Shown here one piece after another: positions 39,201 through 50,890 of a stretch of DNA of 64,000 bases (position 1 is the first letter of the stretch; every line of letters begins with the position of its first letter). The notes below the pieces were generated by a model. It was given only the letters and a program-made list of their open reading frames with translations. It ran no database searches and was not told where the DNA came from. Location of the stretch: contig OZ316892.1 of NCBI GenBank assembly GCA_973895155.1, positions 2,979,223 to 3,043,222 on the forward strand, written 5' to 3'. A program made the position numbers and the translations under genes. This stretch comes from Marsupella aquatica (taxonomy: Eukaryota; Plantae; Marchantiophyta).

Positions 39201-42200
39201 GATGATCTTTCCGGGACCGACAAGGTATTCTTCTAATGAAGCAAGTTTGAATGGCGTGAGAGAAAGACGCGGTGGACGCGGTACAATTTGGAGTATGGCA
39301 TTTGTAGAGACATCCCAAGAGTATAGTGAAACAAAGGAAACACCTTTGATACTAGTGGTTCTCATTTATAGGTGAGGGCTTCTATCTGATGTGTTTCCTC
39401 TTCTGATCAATCGCAGCTTCTTGTTATCTTATTGGGTGTTATCGAAAGCATCTATGAAATTTTGAAGCTGACCTTAGATCGTGGCATCCATTCATTCATG
39501 ATGGTTACAGACATACTTGCACTCAAGATGTTGTCTCCTAGGATTCTTATATGGACTGCCAGAAGAATGAATGTAACGAAAATGGAGACAAATGATGAAT
39601 GCAGGAGTGGCGGAAAAGCGTGCGACATACTTGTGCTGAACTGTGACACACGAGAGCGGATTATTCACGTGCTTGCGACATATGACCCGGCACTGGAAAT
39701 ACCTGGTCATCTGGCCCTCAATATAATTGAATTTCCAGTTCTGCCTGGGTATCTTCTTCTCGGTCGGTCAGGTGATCTGTTGCTTCTCGATTTCAGAAAT
39801 CCAAATACTCCTCGTGCCTCAACTATTGTTTGTGGACAACAACAGTCTTTTGCTGAAAAAGCACATGTAGTAGATGATGGCGAAGGGCCAGATACTTTGG
39901 CAGCATCTGCCCTCCTAGAACTTTTTTCAAGAGGGGGAGATTTTCCAGAGAAGAGGTCCATATGTGCATGGAGTTGGCAGCCAGACAATGGGGAGCTTCC
40001 AAGATTAGTTCTTGGCATGGACACTGGGGAAGTGGTTATAGCACAGGTATCTATTGAAAACTCGGAGGTTGTTCAGATTGAGATCAGGGAGTCTCTTCAC
40101 CGGTGCTCACCCTGTAAGTTACTGCTTTGGATGCAAGGAGGATTCATAGCTGCTCTATTGGAAATGGGGGACGGTCAAATACTGGAGGTAGTGGATGGAG
40201 GATTGTCATTCCGCAGTCCCATTCAAAACATTTCACCCATAGTAGACTTTGCTCTGGTAGACTATCATGACGAAAAACAGGATCAGATGTTTGCATGCTG
40301 CGGCGTCGGGCAGGAGGGCTCTATTCGTGTTATTCGAAGTGGTATCAGTGTGGACAGACTGCTAAGTACTCCACCGATGTACGAGGGTGTGACTGGAACA
40401 TGGACTTTACGCATGTTTCAGAAAGAGGATTTCCATTCGTTCTTTGTTATGTCTTTTGTGGAAGAAACCCGAGTGCTCTCAGTGGGTCTCAATTTTGTGG
40501 ACATTACAGACTTTGTGGGTTTTGAATCTTCGGCAAGTACCTTGACCTGTGGGTTGATAGAAGAAGGCTGGGTCGCTCAGGTTTGCAGCAAAGAAGTTCT
40601 GCTATGCGCTCCCACACAAAATGCTCGTCGAGGAGGAATTTCAAGTCCTTCACCACTTCGTGTCTCTTGGAAACCTCAGGGGGCATACATAAGCCTGGGC
40701 GCAGTTTCCAAGGGAACAATCATTCTGGCATTGTCACGACCTGGTGTACTTATGATCTTGGGAACCAGGCTAACAGATGCGTATGTTTTTGAGCTAGTAG
40801 AGATTCAGAGGTGTCAGCTGGGAGCTGAAGTATCCTGCATTTCCATACCATGTGAGGAAGGACTGGTTTCTGTACCTGGAACACCGCCTAGTGTTGGTTT
40901 GGTAGAAGAAGACAGATCAATTTTGCAACTCTGTGGCATAGAGATTGGGAAGGTGTGCGTTGTTGGAACACACAAACCGTCTGTGGAGCTCTTGTCCATT
41001 GAACATGGGGAGGATTTCAAACCTCTTGCGGTCGGGCTGGTGTCTCTAGTAAATTCATTTGGAAACGTTATGGGTGGATGTGTGCCAGAGAATGTGAGAT
41101 TGGCTCTCTTTGATCGATTGTACATACTTTGTGGATTAAGAAATGGAATGCTGCTTCGGTATGAGTGGCTTTCTGTCAGTACTCGTACTTCTACGTCTTC
41201 AGTAAATGTTAATCTGAAAGCCCTTGATGCATCAATTTCCTCCGTATCTGAGTCATCCTTCAAAGCTGTGGATACCGAGAATCGAAGGCAGACAGTGCAC
41301 ATTGGCGACGGTGATGATATGGGTAGAAATGGAGTTGAAGTGTCAAGCCCTGTAAATCTTCATCTAGTAGATGTTCGGCGGATAGGTATATCACCAGTAT
41401 CATTTATTCCTCTTCAACCCTCATTAAGGGCGGATATTGTTGCACTAAGTGACCGCCCTTGGTTGTTGCAAACATCAAGGAATAGCCGTAGGATGGCTTA
41501 TAGGTCGATTTCTTTCCAACCTTCAACGCATGGAACTCCGGTCAGGTCACCGGAGTGTCCAAACGGCGTTCTTTTCGTGGCTGACTGCAGTCTGCATCTG
41601 GTTTGTCTTCTTCAAACCCTCTTCTTCATTATGTAGCATTTGACTAGGCCGGGTTGTTACTGAAAACCTTGTTGTGCAGATGTGCAGTGGTTGAACTCCT
41701 TCTTTGGATGTGTTCATGTCAGAAATGGTTTTATCACGAGTAGCACACTTTGTCTTATTGAATATGCTGTGGGAGGTGAACCTGTGTTTGAAGTGCGATT
41801 CCCTTGTATCAACTGCTTTTATGCAGGTGGAGATGGAACATTCCAAGAGACTCAATGTTCAGAGACTGCCTTTGGGCAGGAGCCCCAGACACGTCCTCTA
41901 TCATGCCGAGTCGAAGATGTTATTGGTGATGCGGAGTGACCATGCTGGTTCTGATATCTGCTGTGTTGACCCACTTACTGGAAGCATTCATAACTGCTTC
42001 CAACTAGACGAAGGTGAAATTGGTCGATGCATGCAGCTATGGTATCAAAGAGGAGAGCAGTTACTCCTAGTTGGCACTGGTCTGACGGAGGGGAAGCCCA
42101 TTATGTCGAATGGTGAACCAGAAAGGTATCTTCTCCTACTCTTTCTCAAGGAATTTATTTTGCAACAAGTACATGAATATTGGGATCTGTTTCCTGCTTG

Positions 42201-45200
42201 GTACATAAAATACTATCTATTACTGCAGACAGATCACATATGTTGCACTGGTTTGCAATGCCTGCAGTGTTAGTGACTAGGTTAGACTTGAAGAATCTGC
42301 ACATCCAGCACCTTTTCATCAGTGCAGCACTCCATAGATGTCAGCAAATCGAAAACTGGAAAAATGAAAACGTTTGTGTATGGAAGATCCGTAGAACATC
42401 ACCCGGTTTGCCTGAGCCTTTAAGACATCAGAATAAATCACAATCCGGATGCGTATATAATGGACCCAATTTTATTCAATTTTTCACGTCGGCCTTTTGT
42501 CAGTGTCAGAAAGTTACACTACAATTTAGAATTCTGACTTTGTAGCAGCAGTCGTTTTGCTTGGTCATGTGGTTTGAGGATGCCTGTAAAACTTGTTAGT
42601 AGTTGTCGTTTATGTGCTTGTCGTTTCCTCAGTAATTCAAGGCGTTAGCTCCATTAGAGATAAAATGATTAACTGGCCTGTGCAGTTCAAAGGGTCGTTT
42701 GCTGATCTTCCGCATACAGTCAAGATTTGTTCTTGGAAAGAATAAGAGTTGCTCAGATGCTGTTGATGGAGTTTCAGCTGTCGGGAATGCCCCACTCGCT
42801 GGAGATCATGAGTTTTCATCACTCGCCACGTGCACACCTATGGTCATAGGGGAGTCCACAGTTGATGATGATATGAGCAAAGATGACCTCAAGATTGCAG
42901 AAAGTGAAAGTTGGGTGCTGAGTATTATCAGTCAGATTGGTTCAAATGGTACGATTCTTGCTGTGTCCCCATACTTGGAGCAGTACATCCTCGCATCAGC
43001 AGGCAACAATGTACGTATTTCAGCAACTGCAGACTTTTAGTATATCACTAGTTTCCGCGACAAACTAGCAAATATGCTTGCTTCTCATGATACTTTTCTA
43101 AGATAGTCCTAAAAACCCTTTCTAGCCTCCTGCTATCATCCCGTTCTGACAAGCAAATTTTGCAAGCTGTTTCCGTGTTGAAGTCAACTCTTGAGTTATA
43201 GGAACATTGGGGCTGAAGGTACGCTTGAGACTTTGCACATGTTACTGACCTGAGCGGTGCCAACTAGCAGTCCCCTCTTCGTAAAAATGTGTTATTTTGA
43301 TAGTAGAGCGTGAGCTTTTGCGTCACTGTCAATGTCAGTCATTGCTTTCTAATTTTCGATTTCAGGTGCTGACGCTGTGTCGTGTGTTTGAGCAGTTGCT
43401 CTGCCTAGGATTTACTAATGATTCCAATCAACGACTGCGACGCTTTGCATCGATAAAGACGCGTTTTGTAATAACAAGCATAGCAGTACACCTCAGCCGA
43501 ATAGCTGTAGGCGATTGCCGTGACGGTGTTCTTTTTTATTGCTACAGACAGGTACGCCTTGCCGTCTTGGAAGTCTCATGTGTAACATGGCTCGCAGCTC
43601 TGCCAGATAGGCGAAACAGCTATGAGTAATTTGACTTTAAATTATGTCAAGAGTAATTAGACCGAGGATGGAGGTTCATCATAATTGCAAGATGTGCCTG
43701 TAAGAGCACGATGTAATATCATATAGATGTACTTAACGAGCATTTCGGACCTCGAGAAATTATCATTAAAGAATTTATATTGCTAAACGTTTATCTGTTT
43801 GTTTTAAAACTTTCCACAGGAGGTAATCGTTTGTTCAGAATAGGGAAGCATTTGTGTACGTTAATCACGTTGTCATTGCAGGACAAGAAGGTTTTTGAGC
43901 ACCTTCATAGCGACCCCGTCCAACGGCTTGTCGCAGATTGTGTTCTTGTCGACCTTGATACTGCTGCTGTTACTGACCGTCATGGAAATTTCTGCGTTCT
44001 TTCATCTCCAAACGTCTCTGAAGGTGTGTACAGTTCGTTAATAATAAGCTTTCATTTTGAGTATTCACGTCTCTTGATGAAGGTCGTCGGTAATGATTTG
44101 GTTTGTCCGACTTCTCAGCTTTACTTTGTCCTATTTCAAGAGATGTAGTGGTCCTTTTCTACGGAAATGGCGGCATATTCTCAGCGGCCCTTGTGCACTT
44201 CTAATTCATTGTCTGGGTCGGATGAAACAGAAAGCATCAGCCCTGAACGAAATCTGGCAATAAGCTGCTGGTATCACATGGGCGAGACGATAATGCGCAT
44301 TGCAAAGGTTAGTGTACGATGGTTTGTGCAGCAATCGCCAGTGCACAGCCTAAATTTTGCCTTGCTCCTTTGCCGTGCTTCAGTTTCTGTCTGTAATTAG
44401 ATGGTGGTGGAAAGAAGGTGACAAGATGATATGTTTTCGTAAATCTATGGTGAAATTGTCAGACCATACTTCAGTGTGCAATAACTCTCGTTCATTTGCA
44501 GGGATCTTTTGCTCATAGGGCACCAGCGGAGGAGACTTTGAAAGTCTGCAATGTGGGCAGCTCGTCGAAAGCAGATCTTCTAAATGGATCTTTGGTGGCA
44601 AGCACACTTCTAGGCAGTGTGTTCATTTTCATCCAGGTTACAAGGTACAGACATCAGACTGCATGACTGGTCCTTGGTGGCGTGTCTCACGCTTCTTTAT
44701 CCTTCTTGTTGTTAAATATGACGTTTTTAATGGCCGGCCAACAAATGACTTTTAAACAAATGATTTAATATGGAAAATTATGTAATCTAATGTCCATAGC
44801 CTCTGAGAACGGAATTTCTAGAATATCAGAGTCTCACAGCTGAGGATAATGACGAGATCAATGAGGCTTATGCATGCTTCTTCTTTGTAGGGAGGAGTAC
44901 GAACTTCTTGAAGCTTTGCAAAAGCGACTTACAGTGCATCCTTTGACTGCCCCCTTATTGGGCAACAACCATTACCAGTATCGACAACAAGGCTGTCCTG
45001 TAAGTTCATCAGACGTTTGATTCAGGTTTTTTTTTCCATTGCGGTGAGAACTCGGATGTTACCTTGATGGTGACGAGGCGAAGATCTGACTTATTTCTAT
45101 CTGTTGAACAGGCTGGAGCGTGTCAAGTACTGGATGGGGATATGTTGGGGCAGTTCTTGGATCTGACCAATGCACAGCAACAGATGATTCTGGCAGGAGA

Positions 45201-45309
45201 GAATACAAGGGATTCCATTCAATCTGGAATGCTTAGAGCCTTCGGAAAAACCTTTCCACTTGAGCAAGTCTTGGGCCTTTTCGAGAGGATACACAATTAC
45301 CTCACATAA
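36287..45309 (+). CDS. SF3B3/RSE1-DDB1-CPSF160 family triple beta-propeller protein (At3g11960-like); exons 36287-36427, 37468-37602, 37744-37823, 38297-38380, 38592-38679, 39199-39371, 39605-41600, 41827-42125, 42686-43010, 43396-43551, 43882-44023, 44231-44307, 44502-44645, 44891-44999, 45112-45309
   Basis: YLAKCVLRSSVVLQAVYGHFRSPSS, SVCEQPVFGSIKDL, GKDLLVLLSDSGKLSFL, IQNISPIVDF..DYHDEKQDQMFACCG..EGSIRVIRSG, SFVEETRVL, IAVGDCRDG and VLDGDMLGQFLDL. Splice phases are consistent; the starts of exons 6 and 7 are less certain. Confidence 0.9.
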
Positions 45310-46214
45310 GTCCCATCCCTTTGAATAATGAAAGATCCTCATTCATGTTCTGATAGTCAATCAATGTATAAAATTGTTCATTTCTCCAATATAGAAATCA
45401 CAGTTTCACAATGTGTAAAAACATTTACACAACAAATGCTTGTGAGTAAAGTGGCAAAGGAGTTCTGTGTAGGGGTGTGATAAAGTGACCTGTCATCCCA
45501 TATTTTGTCAGAGTGTTAAAGTTACTTGCTCTCAGTGCAGAGTTAATAAGTCCACAGAAATGAAGTCCAAAGTGTGCTGCTACTAAATAGTCACGTTTGG
45601 AGTGATTTCATTTCGGGATTCTTGGACTACGTCCGACAGAACGCTACCTCAGATCTTTCAACTGGACACCGGAAAACATACAGGCACTTCTGGGATATCG
45701 AACGAGATAGTGTGAAATGATGTGATTAGAGAAGTGGAGCTGGATTGTGAATTCTTACGCCATCATGACCTCGAGCATGACTGATCAGTTGTTTCTGCTG
45801 CTTGGGGTTACTTTTCCAAGAAAAGGTCCACTTTGTCTTTTAGCAGCTTCTTTCTAGTGCAGATTTCTTCGGTAGTGCAAGTCGTCTATGAAATGCTCAC
45901 ACACGAGGTTGGCCTAACACGCACCAGAGCTTTAGATTGGACTTTACCTTTCACTAACGCATGATTAGCGTAGTGTTTTCAGGAAGATGAACGCAAGGCA
46001 AGCCCTGAAGTGAATTTTTGATTGAATTGTTTTTTGAAAAATAGAGAAATAGATGACATGGGAGGTCAACGTTCCTTGGGGTGGGTCCTTTTGAACTTCA
46101 AATAAACCGTCTTATCTCCACTTTGTTCAGTCTAGTGACCTTACCTTGGGATACATATTATGTGTGTCAAAAGCCACTGAAATCCATCTCTCTAATTTGA
46201 ATATATTAAACCTC

Positions 46215-46940
46215 CCCGTCTGGCCTATGGACAGAATTGTATCCATGACTTGGTGATCAGTAGGCCTCTTGAGCTGACATCCATCCATTGAAATTCCTAT
46301 TCCAATGCAAGGAACTCAGCCACATACGAATAAATAATGTTTGGCCTACAGACGGAAAGACGGCAACAGAGATGCTGATCACTGGGCCTCTAGAGCCAGC
46401 ATCCATCCATTGCATTTCCTATTCCAATGCAAGGAACTCAGTCTATGTTTAAGCTGTAGAATACTAATTAATGTTTGGCCTACAGACACAAAGACAACCA
46501 CAGACATGCTGATCAGTAGGCCTCTAGAGATGGCATCCATCCACTCCATTTCCTATTCCAACGCAAGGAACTCAATCTATCTCTAAGCTACAAAAGGCAA
46601 ATTATGTTCGGCCTAAAGACCGAATGACAGCCACGGACATGCTAATCAGTGGGCTTCTTGAGCTAGCATGCATCCATTGCGTTTCCTGTTCCAATACAAT
46701 GAACTCAATCTATGTCTAAGCTACAGCAGATTCATTATCCATTCAACCAGGGTCTTTCTACAATACAATTATTCGATGAATGTTTGACCTACAGACAGAA
46801 TAGAACATGCGGAGCAGTGGGCCTCCTGAGCTGGCATCCATCCATTGCATTCCCTATTCCAATACAAGGAGCTCAATCTATGTCTAAGCTACAGAAGATT
46901 CATCATCCATTCAACCAGGATTTGTCTACAATACATTGAT
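46215..46940. repeat. Degenerate tandem repeat, about 5 units of 120-170 nt
   Basis: ggcct...catccatccattg.att(t)cctattccaat.caaggaactcaatctatgtctaagctaca; the ttcctattccaa core is near 46294, 46416, 46550, 46683 and 46850. Confidence 0.85.
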
Positions 46941-48747
46941 TCAATCATACTCCAGTCAATCTGACACAACCTCAAATGTAGTTCAGGACAATATATTAAG
47001 GGGGAATGTGACCTCATGTGAAAGAGACTATGCTAGGATAACTCTCTGCTTATTAGACAGATAGATCTCTACAGCAGGTTTAGCAAATGCTCTCATGAGA
47101 TTTTGCAACTCGGATGGACCCATTTTATTCACGATGTCATGCAGAATATTCTACATTAGTCCTCCGCATTGCCTGGCTCCTATATGCTGCCCATGGAGCT
47201 CACTTTCCCCCAAAAGAGGCTCATCAGGTCACCTAACATGGCTAGACTTTTGGGGCTTGGGTTTCACATGAGAGAGGTTTATTTTGTTTTGTTCTGAGAT
47301 TAATGATCCTTGGAGAAAATTACTTGGTGATACCCCTTACGAACTTGGCAGACAACCTGCCTGCCCCTCTTTTTGTTGGGCGACACGTGACTTCTCAAAC
47401 AATTTCAGAGCAATTTTGCATGGCCAAGCTACTGCAAGCATATGTCTTCCCTTGCCTGCAACCGTCAAGTTGCTGCAAGGCTGAGGGACCAAAACTTGCG
47501 GTCGCTGGTGATCTGGCCACTTACAGGTTCCTTTTTGGACAAAACTGTGAACTATAGTATCCAAAAAAATTAGTGTTTGTGGATTTCTGTAGCCGATCCT
47601 CTGAGCTTGAGGGTCAGGCAAGGCTTAGCTTGTAATTGCAGCATTGCTTATGTTCACTTATCGTATACTCACCCCCCCCCCCCCCTCTTCCCCCTTAAAA
47701 CACAAACGTGCTCTTAGCAGTGCAAAAGAGTCTGAAGGCACCAAGTGAAAATTGCAAGTACGTTTTAGTCAAGAACGTTAGTTCTAAGGGGTATCACCAG
47801 GTAATTTTCTCTCTTTGCATACTTTTTCTTCTCAGTGAAATCTATTTAATGTATACGGTAAGCACATAGTACACTGTAAGAGATGCTCTTATACAAGGTT
47901 CACCATAATGCACTCAAAAGAAATCATGACCAGCCGGCCCCATTTCAGCCCAGGACGGTGAGCACGCCTATCTCAGCTGTCTATGTATTTAAGTCCACTA
48001 AGAGGGGTTGCCAAGCAGAGGGATGAAAGAGTACTCCCAACGTCCAGTCCCTCATCGCGTGCAAGGATCGAGGTCCATAGGAATCGCGATGTCCCTGTGG
48101 AATCTGTCAACGGATCAGCTTTTGTTCATAAAAGTCACTAATGTAGATATATTCCGTGCAGTCTAGATTGAATTCGCCAGTAAGTTGTGTCTTGTGTCCA
48201 CGCATCAATCTATGATCAAGCAAGCTTGCACGAATTGAAAGGAGTTTGATTGCGTGACGAGCTAGAGAGAGGATCAGCAGAGGAAGGTGATGCTCACTGA
48301 AAGACGTGATTACGTGGAATTTCGTCTAGAGCAACTAATCTGGGAAGTTTCCATACCCAATCTCTTAATAGTTGCCCGCCGTCGAAAGACAGTCAATTGC
48401 AAGAATTTTCTCAAAAGAAATGGCCCGTTGGTCATCTGTCAACGGGACCTTCAGAGATTCCAATCTTTGGATGTTTTTGAGGATGATACCATTACGCTGA
48501 CCCGTGCCTCGTCAGGCATACTGTTGTCGTTCTTTCTCTTCCTGCGATTTTTTTCATCTGCCTCCCGCTCGACCTTCATGGACTTCCATCTTGAGATTCT
48601 ACTGTAGACTTTTTAAATGTGCCTGATCCACGATCTCGTCGGGCGGATACAATTAATCCTCGATGCCTTTGGACATTTGGACGCTCAATCCTGTACAAAT
48701 TATGCACGGCCCCACCAGTCCCATCTTCGGCCCAACTCTACTCTAGT

Positions 48748-48864
48748 TTGGGTGAGACCACAGTGCCGAACGAAAAATGGACGATACTTATGGAAGCCTC
48801 GGAACGTATCCGAGTCTTCCATAAGTATTCTCAATTTTTCGTTCAGCACTGTGGTTTCTCCCAA
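48748..48864. ncRNA. Candidate miRNA-like hairpin precursor (about 56-bp imperfect stem, 5-nt loop)
   Basis: The left arm ttgggtgagaccacagtgccgaacgaaaaatggacgatacttatggaagcctcgga pairs with the right arm tccgagtcttccataagtattctcaatttttcgttcagcactgtggtttctcccaa, with about 7 non-Watson-Crick positions and no indels. The hairpin is certain; the RNA function is inferred. Confidence 0.5.
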
Positions 48865-49102
48865 TGGAAGGACATAGGACTGGATACATGCCGCTTCTTG
48901 GCCTATGACAAAGACAGAGAACGGCACTTGAATCGAAGCACTGAAGCAACGGAAGACTCGTAAGTGTACCTCAAAAAAGTCTTCCCAGTTTTTAATTAGG
49001 TACAGTCGCAATGATGGACTCAAAAATTATGATTTCTGACCAAGGAGCCTGACAGACAGTTGCTTCCGCCCGAGAAGTAAGAATGTACATTTGTACTGTA
49101 AC

Positions 49103-49183
49103 CGTCTCCTGAACGTCAGCCATACATTACGCAGACTCTGTAGTCGTCTCCTGAACGTCAGCCATACATTACGCAGACTCTGT
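49103..49183. repeat. Tandem duplication with a 42-nt period
   Basis: cgtctcctgaacgtcagccatacattacgcagactctgt occurs at 49103 and 49145. Confidence 0.9.
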
Positions 49184-50125
49184 CAAGACACTACCGACAT
49201 GTGAACTTCCTCCTATCACTTGTCCAAGACCTCTGTTCCTGAAAGAAGTCTGCTCATGTCCCTTAGTTTAATATTGCGCAGATCTTAAAATGTGAATTGC
49301 GAAATTTCCAAGTGTGATTGCGTGAGCTCAATCCACTACAGGAACGGATGGTTGCTTGCACTTCTCACCTGCAGTTTCTTTCAATTCAGAGGAGTGACGA
49401 CAGTTAGATGAGGAGACAATCAGAGAGACGTGCTCTATCATCCGATTTCACACGACATCTTTCTGCTGCAGTCCTATTGCTGACTGTCTGCAATACTTGT
49501 TGCGTGACCTGTTGTTATCTGCACCCCCCCCCCCCCCCCCCCGATTAACACTTCTGATCTAGAGCAATGCTCGAGAACTGGGGGAACTAGAGGTGGTCTA
49601 CCGTGGATAGCTGCCTCGATTAAGGAAGAAAGCCGTGATTACTTTATCTGACCTTCAGGGAATCTAATTGCCGTTTGCAGCACCACAGCCCGTAGTTAGT
49701 TCGCTCACGATTCCGAACCTCACCTGTCGCTACGCAGCTGCAGCGAAGCATGTACAGCGAAGGATAGTTACAGACTGGCTCACGTGCCGGTAGCGAGATG
49801 GAGAACGTTGGGACATACATGTGTCTTATAATTTAATAAGTGGCAGATTGTGAGATGCATTATCTGCGGGACTATCTGTGCAGTAAGTGCGAGTGACTGA
49901 GTGCGATTACGTTAGCTCAATCCATTACCGAAAAGGATCACGTTACTTGCTCCTCAACTCCAGGTCCATGATGCTGAACAGGAACAACGCCAACTCTAAC
50001 ACCAGCACCCAAATTGTGGACCAACCTTTCATGAAGATCGTCTAGCCTACAGAACTGGAGACCCCGGTCAATTGGCTTGTACATTGCCATTAGTAGATTG
50101 ATGCAGCAGAGAATTTTGAGCAAGG

Positions 50126-50890
50126 ATGGTCTTCGACTGGTCCAAGCTCCGGTGGCGAGAAGCAGAGCGCTGGGACATAGATGTGTCAAACGTGACAGTG
50201 AGGCAGCTGTTGGATCTACTGGACGCCAACAAAAGGCTGAAGGCACACAAGCAGCAGAAGAAGCTGGACATAAAGATTGCTCCACACCACTTCGACAAAG
50301 GAGGGAAGCGATTGGTGTACGAGGCTCGAAAGAGGGTCTCTAGGCAGACCCACGTGGTCAGAATGGTGGCAAAGAGGTTCAAGAAGGGTTCCCATGACTT
50401 GTGCCTCTACGTTAGGCACTTGGAGCTGCAAGCCATCGGCAAGATTTTGGCCCGAGCCTTCAACCAGGCAGCGAGACATCGGCTGCTGGCAAACAAGATC
50501 ATGCGTCTGGAGTTTGCAAAAGTGGAGACGTTGCGTGTGAATGGCCATCACCATCACCTAGAGGTGTATAAACCAGGCCTCGTTGTGAAGTACAAGAGCA
50601 ATGTTGCATACGGTGGGCACCATGAGCACTTCTCCAGAATTCTCCAGACCTTTTCTCACTGGACGTATCAGGAAACATGGGGAAGGTTGATGCTGACAGA
50701 TTTCAAAGGTGTGCATCTCCGGCACGATTTTCTACTGTCTGGCCTTGCACTCCACTATTGGACAAACGACCAGCGCTTTTACAACGCGGACAAGGGCAAA
50801 GAAGGAATGTTCACCTTCTTCAGGACTCACCGCTGCAACTCCCACTGCACCGTACTTGGACTACAACCTCACCGCCTCCAGCCCACGTGA
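50126..50890 (+). CDS. Alpha-kinase domain protein (eEF2K/MHCK/TRPM7 atypical kinase fold), intronless, probably a pseudokinase
   Basis: Motifs in the expected order: P-loop HFDKGGKRLVY, VAKRF, ELQAIGKILARAFN, KYKSN (consensus KYNSN), LQTFSHWTY, LMLTDFKGV (consensus DLQGV), LLSGLALH (consensus LTDPxIH), DKGKEGMFTFFRTHRCNSHC (GxxG plus HxCNxxC zinc site). Confidence 0.85.
   Translation: MVFDWSKLRWREAERWDIDVSNVTVRQLLDLLDANKRLKAHKQQKKLDIKIAPHHFDKGGKRLVYEARKRVSRQTHVVRMVAKRFKKGSHDLCLYVRHLELQAIGKILARAFNQAARHRLLANKIMRLEFAKVETLRVNGHHHHLEVYKPGLVVKYKSNVAYGGHHEHFSRILQTFSHWTYQETWGRLMLTDFKGVHLRHDFLLSGLALHYWTNDQRFYNADKGKEGMFTFFRTHRCNSHCTVLGLQPHRLQPT

Noticed and set aside
39432-41636. 734-aa ORF as a stand-alone gene
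   Set aside because: It is the large internal exon (about 39605-41600) of the SF3B3-like gene plus intron read-through.
48619-49023. Similar peptides on opposite strands (LGETTV.NEK..ILME)
   Set aside because: A consequence of the DNA hairpin, not duplicated proteins.
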